Source of the DNA: Camelus dromedarius
Taxonomy: Eukaryota
Length of the DNA stretch: 64,000 bases
Direction of reading: 5' to 3'
Assembly: GCF_036321535.1 (NCBI RefSeq)
Contig: NC_087444.1
Location: 73,718,001 to 73,782,000, forward strand
In this document: positions 11,501-26,899 of the stretch, piece after piece
How the letters are laid out: every line of letters starts with the position of its first letter
Position numbering within the stretch: position 1 is the stretch's first letter
Notes under the pieces: model-generated
What the model saw: only the letters and a program-made list of their open reading frames with translations
The model's database searches: none
Told to the model about the DNA's origin: nothing
Made by a program: the position numbers and the translations under genes

Positions 11501-14500
11501 AAGAAGCGATATTAAGCTCAAGGGAAGTGGTGGGGGACTGGGGCAGAAAGCAAGTTCTGCAGGATGGGCACTCCAGGGAGAAAAGGTTTGTGGCTCAGAA
11601 AAGGGAATGAACTCAGAGCTATAGGAAGTGAGGTCAACAAACACAGGAAGTGTAGCCTGATTAAAGCGATTTTGTTTAAATGATGGTACTTAGTACTGTT
11701 TGATCCATCAAAATCTATCTGTCTACCTATCTATCAAACTTACCAGTGACTTAAGAGTGGACTTAGAAAACAGCAGCTTGAGAAAGTGGTAATAGTGATA
11801 TACCCAGACAGTGAAGTCAGCCAAGATGGGATGGTTACAAAGACAGAAAGAGAAGTCAGAAAGGCAGGAAGTGATGTAAACTCAAACAGGAAGTGGTATC
11901 AGAACACAAGGTGCTGGAGTGAAATGGGAGGTGATGTCAGAGAAGCAGGAAATCTTAGGAGGTCACATGGGAAGTGACATCAGAGCAATGTGATGTAGTT
12001 CAAACAGGAAGTTATGTTATGCTAAACAGGAAGCANNNNNNNNNNNNNNNNNNNNNNNNNNNNNNNNNNNNNNNNNNNNNNNNNNNNNNNNNNNNNNNNN
12101 NNNNNNNNNNNNNNNNNNNNNNNNNNNNNNNNNNNNNNNNNNNNNNNNNNNNNNNNNNNNNNNNNNNNNNNNNNNAGAGGGAGAACCAGAGGCTGGCAGG
12201 CAGAAGCCCAGGTCCCCAGGTGCAGGGAATGGCAGGAGGCTTGGTTGAGCATGGACCTGGGTCAGAGCTCACCCTCCTGGTCGGCCTCCTTCTCCATCTC
12301 TAGCACCTTCTCCTGCACAAAGCTCAGCAGCTCCGTGGTGTTTGCCATCCACAGCATGAGTGGCCGCAGCTCCACAGACACGGCCTCAGGGGTCAAGGTC
12401 ACCTCAGGAACCCCCTCAGGGTGGCTAGGAAAGGAGGAAGGGACCTGTAAATCTTGCCCAACCTCCACCATAATGTCCAAACCCCAAGATCTGGGTCTAA
12501 CTGGGGACAGAGTCCAACTCTCATTTCACAACTAGAAAAGTTGAGTCCCAAGGACTCAAGAAGTTTGCACTAAGACATGCATGGAAATGTGAACAGAGAA
12601 CTGGATGCAAAGCCTGACCCGTACATCCCTCCAGACCCTTCTCCCCAGAGTTTCTCTTACTTCTCTGGCTGGCGGTCTCCAATTTCCTTAATCTTTTCCT
12701 GTGGAACAGTAAGATCAGAATTAAGGTGAGGGGGTTGAGGAAACAAGGCCTATGGGTTAATACCCTGGGTCTTCCTTTTTGACAAAGACTGTCCCCACTT
12801 TTCAAATGGACTCTAATCCCCAAGCTTCAGAACAGTCACTCCTCTTCTCACCTTTTAAAACACACACCCCTATGATTATGAGTGGTCTACCTCCCTTTAG
12901 GTCCGCTTCTAGTCAAATGGAGTGTATTTTTCCCCACCCCAAAACTTCTTAAACCTTTTCTCTAAATAGGCTCTAGTTCAGTAGGATGGGACCTCCCACA
13001 CCACCTCTGCCACCCCCATGAATGGCTTCTCCCTGGCACTTCCATCTGTTGGTCCATAGGTTTGTTCTTCCTCGCTTGCAAGAATGGTCTCGCCCACTAT
13101 GGTCAGGGCCCACCTTACTTCTCACAATGGTCTCTTTCAACTTTTCATCCAATGGGATCTCTTCCCCTCTACCCGTCTCCCAGAATGGTTTCCTCCATAA
13201 TCCCACAGCTGCAAATTTAGGTACTACTGTACAGCCTGTGGATGGATCCACAACTCCCAGCATCCATGGGGGCCCTAGCCCAAGCCCCCTCCTGGGGTAT
13301 CATGGGAGATGTAGTTTCGTCCTGCCCAACTACGAAACTAAGGTTAGAGTTGGCGAGGGGACACTGGGGAAAGGACTTGGGGCGCAGATGGGGCTGGACG
13401 GCGGTTGGGGGAGCTCACCCAGACAGCCTCCTTGATGAGACGGGCCAGGCGGCCCAGCAGGCGCGGCAGGTGACCCAGCTCCAGCTCCCGGGCTGAATGC
13501 TGCACACACAGCGCCAGCAGCGTGGCGGGCCCCAGGGGTGGAAGGTCTCCGGCGCCCGCGGCCGCGGCGCGCACGATCTCGCCCAGCAGCGCCTCTTCCT
13601 CGCGCGGGCGGAAGCGCAGCACCGGCTCGCGGCCGTCCAGGTAGGCGGCCAGCGCTTCGCCGCGCTCCTGCAGGCCACGGCCGCAGAGGCGGCAAGAGAA
13701 GGCCCAGCCGGGGCCCGGCGGCGTGGCCCCGGGGCGCGCGGGCAGCCACGGCAGCCGCGCCGGCCCCGAGCCCCCATTGCGGGGGTCCTTGTACATGAAC
13801 AAGAAGTGCTCGCCCAGCCCCAGCAGATCGCCCGGATGCAGCTCGGCCTCCCGCAGCAGGAGGCACCCGTTGTGCGTGACCGGGGCTCCCCGGGATGGGC
13901 GCACCATTGCCGGGGGCTCAGGGCCCGCGCGTACTGTGCAGTGACGTGGCAGGATGTCTGGGGCGTTGAGAAAGGTGTCCACATATGGGGCAGGGGACCC
14001 ACCTCGAGCCGAGGAGTTCCCACCCCGGCCAAACACGTGCTGCTCCCGCATCATCACATACACCACGAAGTCCTGGAGGGAAAAGCGAAGATGCACTAAA
14101 GGACACCACTCCACGAGGAATGGATGCTTCCAAAGAGATCCCTTTCCCACAGTCGACTCTTCCATCAACCACATCTCTTGAATGAGCACTTCCAAGGAGA
14201 TCTCCTGGGATCCCAAAGGACTCACCATTTACCCCCACCTCCCATGCACGAGTAGGCTCTTCAAGGGCAGTTCATATGGTGGACTGCCCTATAACATACA
14301 GCCTGCAGACTGGATAAGAGGAAACCCCTTTCTTGATACAGGCTCTACCATTTCTGTCTCTCAAAGAATGGATGCTTCTCAGGAGATCTTTCACCAGTGG
14401 ACTCTCCCATCTTCTCACCTCCTGAATGGACTCCTTCAAGGCAATCCCCTCCTACAGTGGACTCTCCCATAACATCCAGCCCAAAGAACGTGTGCTTCCA

Positions 14501-17500
14501 AGAACACCACATCCCCGTTACTAAAATGCACTGTCCCACTACCCTCATTCTCAAAGAATGGACCTTCCCAAGGAAACCTTCTTCTAGGAACTCTCCCATT
14601 TCCCTGACGGTGGCCCTGTTTGCCCACCATTCCACCCCTGTGATGGAGGCTTTTCAAGACATTTCCCCTCCCAACAATAGTTTCTCTCAATATTCCCAAA
14701 GCAAGGAGTAGATACCTTTTAAGAGACTTTGCCTTTGAACAGTTTTCTTCCATTATCTCCACCCCATGAATGCACGCTTCCAAGGAGACCCACTTTCTAC
14801 AACGAACTCTCATTTTTCCCTTCATGATGAATTCACTCCCAAGGTGTCCTCCTGCAATAGACTCATCTACTCCCCTCACTCCCATGATGGAGAATTCCAA
14901 AGATACTCTCCCTTCCATCAATGGATGCCCTCAACATTCTCATCCCCCCAAAAAAGACATCTCCAAGGAGATCTACATACAGTGGCATGTCTAGTAATCC
15001 CATCTTATAAACTGATGTTTTCAAGGAGACCTTCTTAAACTGGAGTGTCCCATTTCATCTACCAAAGATGTATTCTAGAAGACCCCTTCCTAAAAAAGAC
15101 TCTCTTATCTGCATCCTGTAAAAATGGAAGCACTCAGTCTGATCCTCTCCTAAAACCCTTTTGTTCCCTATTCATGTCTGAGAGAACAGTCATCCAGATA
15201 TTCATAAATCATAAATCTCCTTCCTACACTGAACTGTCCCATCACCTCTACCCATGGATGGACATTTCTAAATCCCATTCCTACAATGGATTCGCTCATC
15301 TGCCTTTCAAGAAAAATGGACCCTTCTAGTCTGACCACCTTCTAAAGACAGAATCTCCTATTTTCCATCCCTGTGTGGAGAAATGGAATGATCCAAAATA
15401 TATGAACCCCTTTTTACAGTGGCTCTCCTGTTCCTTAACCCAAGAAGGTTCTTCCACCTCACCTACAGTGAACTCAGATTACAGACACCCATGAATAGAC
15501 AAATGCAAACAAATTCCTTTCTACAAGAGATGAAACTTATTCCTGTTCCCAAGGAATGAACACTTTCAAGAAAGCCTCTTTCTTATCAAGAAATTTCTCA
15601 TGAACCCTGCCCGAAAGAATAGATGTTTCCAATGTGTCCCTCTCTTCCCATAACATACTCTCTTATACTCTCAGGACAGATCCTTCCAACAGACTCACAG
15701 ACATAGTAAACAATCTTATGGTTACTGGGGAAAGAGGGTAGGAAGGGATAAATTTGGGAGTTTGAGATTTACAAATGTTAGCCACTATATATAAAAATAG
15801 ATTTTAAAAAAAGTTTCTTCTGTATAGCACAGGGGACTATGTTCAATATCAATATCTAATAACCTTTAATGAAAAAATATGAAAATGAATATATGTATGT
15901 ATATGAATGACTGGGACATTGTGCTGTACACCAGAAATTGACATGTTGTAATTGACTGTACTTCAATTTAAAAAAAAGAAAGAAGAAAGAAATAGACTTA
16001 GGATAGATCCTTGCAATTTGACCACCTTTCCAAAATAGAGCCTCCCATCCTCCACCTTGTCTAGAGGGATGGACTGTTAGAAGATATACAAAACCCTTCC
16101 TACAATGAACTTGCCCTGTCCCCTTGCCCCAACAAGGAGGAATGAATTCCAAGGCAAGCTCTTCTCTGAATAGTTTTAACCCCTCACCCATATACACAGC
16201 CAAGCCACCTAACCCAATTGGCTCCCTCTCTAACAGTGAAAATGGAACTGTTAAATAAACTCTATCACTTTCCAGAGTGGGCTGTTTCCAGTGATTCCAG
16301 TGGTACCTGTTGAGTGTGGCTGTGCCACTGTTACCCAAAGGTGGACAACACCATAAGAATGATTCTCCTAATCACCACACACACACACGAACATTTCCAA
16401 TAATACATTACATTTCTATTAATGAAATAATATCCCACTGACCCCCATCCACTAATCCTTTCTCCCTCTCTGCTCCCCAACACTTTAACAATTCTCCTAC
16501 TGCCACCCAAACATGTAAAATAGAAGTGTCAGCACCACCTGCCCCCATCAGCAATGGTCAAATCGTTCCAGTGTAAACCATTAGCTTAAAAAATGATTTA
16601 GCCCACTCTTCACAAGAAAATATAGGCTTAACCAGAACAAGATCCCAGACATCAATCAGACTATCTACCTCCCTCCAGAATATACTTTTCTCTTACTCTC
16701 CCTCAGGAAATAGAGGCTTCCAAGAAGATCGTTCTAAAATACTGGCTCTTTCATTCTCCCTGAAGGTAGACAGTGCTTTCCACCAACTTTGAACGAAATA
16801 AATCATTCCTTACCTGTCCCTCCAGTGAAATCCTTATCTGCCATCTATTCTCCAACATTTCCACTCTCTGACAGTATCTCCTGCTCTGGAACCTCCCTGG
16901 GACCACACCTTCCAGCATACCAGAGACTAATGCGGCCCAAGGAGTTCTGGGAGTTGTAGTTTTGTCTCCCTTCAACAGAAGGGTGGGGCATAAATCTCTC
17001 CCCGTAGGAGAGGCTTTGCTTACCTGAGCGTCCTGGTAGCCCTGCAGCAGCAGGAAGTAGGGGCGATTGCTGGGGGCCTGGATGAGGCACTGGGTCAACT
17101 GATCGAAGTCTCCGGGGTCTGCAGGTCCGATTTGGGCGTCAGCTGCCCCTGGGGCCATGCTAAGTGCCTGCTGCCTACGCTCCTGCTGCCTCCTCCGCCG
17201 CCCCTGCAGACTGAGCTCCGATACGCTGCGCCGCAGGGATAGGTTTTCGGAGCGTTCCTTGCCCCCGGACCCAGCCGGGGGTCCGGACCCCGACCCTGGG
17301 CCAGGACTGGCCAGGGCCGCCCCACCCGACGCCGCCCGGGAGCGGTTCTTCTGCGGCCGCCACGAGGCGGCGCCCGTGCCTGCGATGAGAGATGGAACAT
17401 GATGAGACAGACTGGAAAGAGATAGGGAGAGATTATAAAGAGAGAATTGGCTGCAAAGAGGTGAGGCTGCTTACCACACCTAGGTTTTTGCACATGCTGT

Positions 17501-20179
17501 TCCCTGTGCTTGGAACACACTTCCTGCCTGATTCCTACCCATCTCCTTAGGTTTTTGCACATGCTGTTCCCTGTGCCTGGAACACTTCCGGATTCCTGCC
17601 CACCTGATTCCATCTTGCAGTTCCAGCTGCTTAGTTTATTCGTTCTTTCAGTTAGTATTTTCTGAGCACCTACTATGTACCGGGCACTGTTCTAGGCACT
17701 AGGGACTTCTCAATGAACCGAGAAGATCCTGCCCTCAGGGAAACAAACCACCTCCTCTTGAACACCCCTAACATTCCAAGTTGGAGCATTGAATTCCTCC
17801 AGGGCCCTAAATAATGCGTGGCCCACAGTAAGTGTTCAATTAGTGCTTTTGAGGGGGATAAAAAGACAATGATGCCGTTCTTTATCGAGCGCCTACTATG
17901 TGCCAAGCCCTGTGCTAAAACCCTATACATGATTCCATTGAATCTTTGCCTAGGATTCTGCTGTGTTTAACTGGCAAAGAATGGGTTGGAGTCCAAGCCT
18001 GAGTTCAAAGCCCATGAATGTATCTGATACACCAGCGCATCTCCCAAGGGGAGACTCAGGAACAGAAAAGCTGTAAGAAGGCTACCTGAGCAAACTCTAT
18101 CCCTATGAGCCAGACCCCACCCCTGCCAGGCTCTGCCCTATATTTGCTATTTCACATACTGGCACACCTCCTGTTCCAGGCCCGGCCTTCTCAAAGACCA
18201 AGCCTCCGAGTAGCCTGGTCCTTGGCCTTTACAAATACCTCTTTATTTCCCGTGCACTACCCTCAAGACCCTACTCACTTTGCAGCCAACCCAGCCTAAG
18301 GTCACCTGCTCCAAGGCCCACCCCTGAGGCTCCGCCCATTCTTGGGCCCTGCTCTAACGGCCCATTTCCTCATTCTCCAGGCTATTTACCCTTGTAGGCT
18401 TCAACCACAAAGGCCCTGATCCTCACTAACCACTTCAACCTACTGCTGAGAGGCCTCTTGACACCAGGACCCGCGCCACCAGCATCTGTCCCGCCCAATA
18501 CCTCTGGCTACTTGTTACTCCATTTCGCGGGCCCCGCCCCTGCATCGCAGGCCCCGCCCATAGGCTCTGCATTTATTCCCAGGTTATCATCCTCTGGCCT
18601 AGCCCATCTGGCCGACCTAGGTCCTGTCCCAGTTCCACCTTCCACTTGATCCAGTGCTATAAGCCCCGCCCATCCCCAATGGGCCCCGCCCCTAGTCGGC
18701 CATCCGGTTCCCTCGGCCCCCTCGGGCCCCGCCAACTGTAGCTCCGCCCACTAGTCCCAGCCGATCCCTCCACTAGCTCCGCCCCCAGAGTCCAGCTAAC
18801 AGGCTCACCATCGCTGTCCGCCGCCCCGAAGGCCTCTTGCTCCAGACGGCGCGCCTCCTCGCGGCCGCGCAGCTCGAAACGCCGCGCCCAGCCGGGCCGT
18901 GCCCGCCACAGCTCCTGCACCAGCAGCGGGCGCTCGGAGTCGCCCAGCACGCGCAGGTGCTCCGCCCGCCACTCGCCGTTGCCCACGGCGCCCGCCGCGG
19001 GCCGGCCCAGCGCGTCGCAGAGCGCGAAGGCGTCCACACAGCTGCTTTCGCCGGGGCCGCCGCCGGGGCTGCCGGCCAGCCCGTAGCGCTCCAGCGCCTC
19101 GGCCACCAGCTCGCGCGCCGTGGAGCGCGCCGTGGCCAGCACGCTCTTGTAGTTGGCGCCCGAAGCCAGCCCCGCGCCGAAGATCTTGAGGACCCCCGGC
19201 GGCGCCGTGGCGCGGGCGGCCAGTGGAGGCTCGGGGGCCACGCCTGCCGCCAGCTCCGGCAGCTTCTTCTCGCTGGCCCAGCGCTGCGCGGATCCCGGGG
19301 TCCCGGGGCCTCCCGCGCCACCAGACCCCGTGGTCCCTGTCCCCGAGCCCCGGAAGAGCTGAGAGATGCGCTTGGCGCGGCTCCCCGAGGCTCCCCCGGC
19401 CGCCTTGACCGCGCCCACTCGCCGCAGTTCCACGTGCGGCGGCGGCGGGGGTAACGGCTCGCTGCTGCGGCTCCCCGTGTCGGAAGACGAAGACCTGGGA
19501 GCCCACCAGGGAGTGCAGACACAGGAGAGAGATCCAGAAAGACACGCAGAGTCGAGGGTCAGGGGTTAGAGAAGGAGGGAGATGGACAAAGACCCAGGTT
19601 GCGGGGAGAGGGGGGACAGAGACCCAGAGATAATGGGGGACAGACACCCACAGAAAGTTGAGAGATGGGGGTGTACGGAGATGGGGGTGGGCAGAAGCCA
19701 GAGGCAAAGAGAGAAAAAGAAAATAAATAAATAAAGGGGAGTCCCACAGAAGGAAATCCCAAGAGGTGATCAGGGAGGGGAGGAAGGAAGGTGAATCAAA
19801 CCACTGCTCCTTCTGTGTCCGTCCCCATGTCCATCCAGCCTAAGCCCATCTCACCAGGCCCTATGTCACTGGGTCCCACCCTCCCCTACGGCCTGCCAGC
19901 CCACTTGCCCATTCAGGAGAGGAACTGGGACCAGTCCTTCGAGGATCCCTGACACTACCCTGTGCAGGAACTGGGTCATAAACAGGGAAGATTGGGAGGC
20001 AGGTGGGGCAGGGGCCAGAGTCGTGAGGAGGTGGGCACTCACTTGACAGAGGCAGCACTGGGCCAGCGCCGCCCCAGCTTGGCCAGCTGCTTCCTGGGAG
20101 AATTGATCCACAGGCCCACGGGGAGATGGAGCTTCCCGAAGCGGGGACTTCCACTCTCCTTTCGCTCACCAGATAACAT
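8503..20179 (-). CDS. RASIP1: Ras-interacting protein 1 (RA, FHA-like and DIL domains; 963 aa expected, 11 coding exons)
   Basis: Exons (minus): 20043-20179, 18809-19494, 17024-17379, 13419-14072, 12661-12698, 12273-12424, [~104-nt exon inferred inside N-gap 12036-12175], 10613-10856, 10234-10406, 9267-9414, 8503-8702. All are GT-AG and in phase. Starts MLSGERKESGSPRFGKLHLPVGLWINSPRKQL, ends ELPANHRHGPPVATPP*. Confidence 0.96.
9780..9918 (+). mobile_element. Camelid tRNA-Ala-derived SINE (Vic-1 type)
   Basis: tRNA-like head with A/B boxes (ctcagtggtagagtgcctgcttagc...ggttcaatacccagt) and an A-rich tail. Confidence 0.8.
12036..12175. other. Assembly gap (140 N); other gaps at 34109-34237, 37809-38028, 43000-43141
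   Basis: Runs of N. Confidence 1.
14110..16730 (+). repeat. Highly diverged ~55-65-bp tandem array in RASIP1 intron
   Basis: Recurrent unit GAATGGAtgcTTCCAAGGAGATcc...cctacagtggactctcccat at 14118, 14180, 14366, 14424, 14486, 14556, 14768, 14886 and onward. Confidence 0.6.
15689..15990 (+). mobile_element. L1 3' end fragment (cetartiodactyl type)
   Basis: acagactcacagacatag...ctgtatagcacagggga...tgctgtacaccagaaattgac...A-tail; the same family recurs at 42450, 44380 and 59210. Confidence 0.75.
17480..18060. mobile_element. L2/MIR fragments including a 67-bp-period local duplication
   Basis: tttgcacatgctgttccctgtgc(t/c)tggaacac occurs twice (17481, 17548); gagcacctactatgtaccgggcactg is the L2/MIR tail signature. 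Confidence 0.55.
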
Positions 20180-20418
20180 GGCCCTACGGGAGGGTGGATA
20201 AGGCCCCAACTCTTGAGACCTTGAGAGGTAGGGGGTTGGTGGAGGGGGACCTGGACTCCTGGGCCAGAGGGAGGAGGGGCTGGGGCTCAGTCTCTGGAGT
20301 CTGGGTGCAAGAGAGGGATGGGAGCCTGGATTGCTGGTAGCTGGGATGGAGGGATGGCTGGGGACTGACTCCTGGGTCTGAAGGAGGAGGGTCTGGACTC
20401 CTGGGTCCCCAACTCTTA

Positions 20419-20600
20419 CCCTGCTTCGGGTCCCGGCAGCACCCGGGGGCCTTGGCTCCGTTTGCCCTGGTTGGTTCCTGACCCCGCTGCTCCTGTACAG
20501 CCTTTGCTTCTGCCCCAGCTCCCAGCACTGGGTGGGGGACAGGAAAAGGCAGAGGAAACCCGGCAGGAAGAGCTGGGAGGGGGCGTCCTGTGAGGGGACC
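20419..20600 (-). promoter_or_regulatory. Probable non-coding first exon and promoter of RASIP1
   Basis: Acceptor ccgtag|GGCCATG at 20183 shows the ATG exon is internal. The nearest strong upstream donor is CAGG|gtaag at 20419, in a GC-rich region with GGAA sites. The upstream end is approximate. Confidence 0.5.
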
Positions 20601-20820
20601 GGGCCTGGGGGAGGAGATCTGGGGAGGGCTGGCCCTGCCCCACTCCTCGATTCTGGAATTACATCGCAGCCAGTTGGCCCCTTCCAGGACCCAGAGGGCC
20701 CGGCTCCCAGCCCCTCCTCCCTCAGCCAGAAGACCATCCCCAGACTTCTCCTCTTGGAGAACCAAAAGTTACAATCAGTCCGGAGGAGTGAGTCAGATAC
20801 TTAGACAACCAGATAAATTT

Positions 20821-24491
<3,671 letters not shown>

Positions 24492-24862
24492 CTAAACCGA
24501 GGAGGTGAACGCTAAACGGAGAGAAGCTCTTCCCCGAGACTAATGGAGTCCCAATTTGCAGGGCGCACAATTCTCGTTAGGAAACGGAGTCTCAATGCAC
24601 CCTAAAAAGCCGCTGCTTGACCTTGATACCTGACTGTTGTATCCTCGAACACTAGGGTTCACTGAGGAGTCCAGGTTCTGAGGGTCTTTAGAGAAGACGA
24701 TCAAGCCACGTCTTTCCACGCTTTTCCCACGACTAAAATTAGGGATTTTGTTTTGCGAGGGTGAGGTTGGTCGCGTGGACTAGAGCTTTTGGTTGGGATC
24801 ACAGTCACGGTTCGCCCCTTACTACTAGGAACTCCCACAGCCTCCACATTCTCGCTACTCAC

Positions 24863-24990
24863 GTGGGACCCCGAATTCCCAAGAGATATTTCCTAGGGTT
24901 TCCTCGGCCCCGCCCAGAAGCCCAACTCTTAGTCTGATTGGACAGCAACATACGGAGGCCCCGCCTATCGCTCCATGATGTCACAGAAGC
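24863..24990 (-). promoter_or_regulatory. Probable IZUMO1 promoter and non-coding exon 1
   Basis: Donor gtgagt at 24862 and acceptor tttag at 24491 before the ATG exon. GC boxes (~24907, ~24957), CCAAT (~24936-24940) and CRE-like TGATGTCA (24976-24983) lie upstream. Confidence 0.45.
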
Positions 24991-25585
24991 AGCAGCCTTT
25001 TCAGACTAGAATTTTGCCAGCATCTACCGCAGGGAGGTCCCCTGTCAGCTCTGGTTTCCAGAGCCAAGGAAAGGGCTTCTAGCCTTCAGTCTCCTTCCCT
25101 TTCTGCGCCCCAGGACCCAGGCTTTTGGCTAGATGCCCAAGGCCCTTTGGAAACCCTGTCGTCGAGCTACGAAAAAGCGGGAAGTGGCCCTTTCTAGCCC
25201 TAGGACTAGGACTCCCAGAAGGCTTCGGGTCTTTTCATAGCAAATTACCGCAGCCAACCCCATAGCTTCATGGGAAATGTAGTTCAAGAAATATAAACTT
25301 TGCTCACTCCCTCCTCCATCCACCTTCTCTCTCTAGTCTCTAGGGTTGGATGCCAAGGTCCCAGAGGAAAGAGAGGACTGGGAACCAATACTGAGAGGCT
25401 CTGAGAAAGGCATTGATGCTCCAGGACCACAACTCACACAAGTGAAGTAGCAAGAGAGCAATGTCCCAAGATATGAGTGATGAGAGTCCCTGAAATTTCC
25501 ACACCTTTACTCCTCCTCACTCACACACACACTCATGCACACAAGACTCCAAAAAACCTGCAGAGACAGGTTGGTGGTGTGGACT

Positions 25586-25591
25586 TTTAAT
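25586..25591 (-). terminator. Candidate poly(A) signal of FUT1 (ATTAAA)
   Basis: ATTAAA on minus ~1.3 kb past the stop, followed by a TG-rich tract (25520-25545). Confidence 0.35.
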
Positions 25592-26899
25592 TCATACCTC
25601 CCTCTCTCCCACCTATGGCAGCTGAATAGAGAATGGTCCCCCAAAGCTCCCTGAGAAGACTAGAAAAGAGCTTCGATTCTCAACAATTCTGTAATAAAAT
25701 CTACCTCCATTCCCTTCAAAAAGCATCAAAGGGGTCCTGAAATCTGAGCCAAGAATCACATCACATCCTCTTTGGCCAGACCCTGTGCTGCTGCCTGGGT
25801 GGGAGCCCAGTCTGGGGTCTGCATACCTTCTGATCTTTTCATCTCTGACTTGCCTGAAGCCAGGTTCAGTGGTCCTAGAAGTTCAGAGGCAGATAGGGGT
25901 TGGCAAAGGGCACAGTACCTGCAGCTTTCTGAAAGCCCAGAGGGTACCCTTATGCCAGCTGACTGTCAGTAAATTGACCTCATCATCTCTTGCATCCTCA
26001 CTACAAAGGAGAAAACTTCCTTAATTGGGAGAGGCAACATGAACTCGGCACCAAAGTGTGCATGCCTACCTTTGGCAGTTTTTGAGCTTCAAAACAAAAA
26101 GCCCCTAGATTTCTGGAGAGCCTTGCCCCTTAAGCTGCCACTCTCCCTTTCCCCACCTCCCATGTTTTAGCATATCTGTAGTTTTTTCAGGGGCTGAGAA
26201 TTTGGGTCCAGTTTCACTCTGTGCACAAACTTTCCCAGCTACAGATCGTTTACCTTCCATCACTTTCTAAAAGTGGTGAGGTGTTGCGCCCCTGGTTGTA
26301 TCTTCATTAGCTTCTTTGCCAAGGTTATCTGGAATTCCAGAATCCCATCCCCTCTGAAAGGGCTCCACAAGTTCATTACAGGCATTAGAGCTGACTCTCT
26401 CTAACGCAAATCCCCCCTCTAAAATCACTCCAGAAACACCAAAGGGGAGTTGGTAAATACTTGCTGTAGAGTAGCCACGAGTTTCTTCAGTCCTGATGAC
26501 CCAGGGAAGGAGAAATATCTCTTCTAGAAAAGACCAGGCTGGTCAAACACTGGAGCAGGCAGTTCTCTGCTCCTAGGGGTGGCAGCCATCTAGAAGTACT
26601 CTGGACAAGGACTGAGAAGAACAGATAGGTACTGTGCCTTCTAGAACTGCCATGAGCTTCTCCAGACATTGCCAGCCATCATGAAAAGATCTGCCGGTTC
26701 TAGAATGTTCAGGCAGTTGCAGAAAGCCACTTCCTTTTTTTTCCCCCCTCAAAGTCTAGCCAACTAGAATCACTCTTGAAATGAATGTCCACCTGCTGAA
26801 GGACCACAAGCTCCTCCAGAAGCTGCTAGGCTTCCAGAGGCACATAACGCTGGTTCCAAGTTGGTCAGGCTAGTCCTGAAAGCTTCCCTGCTGCCCAGC

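Noticed and set aside
13330-14238. Multiple overlapping long ORFs in other frames and strands over a RASIP1 exon
   Set aside because: Extreme GC content suppresses stop codons; only the RASIP1 frame has matching splice sites.
14182-15038. Several 75-160-aa ORFs in a RASIP1 intron
   Set aside because: Explained by the diverged tandem array; frames are not maintained between units.
18773-19707. 249-300-aa Arg/Gly/Ala-rich ORFs overlapping RASIP1 exon 2
   Set aside because: Alternative frames of a CpG-island exon with low-complexity composition.
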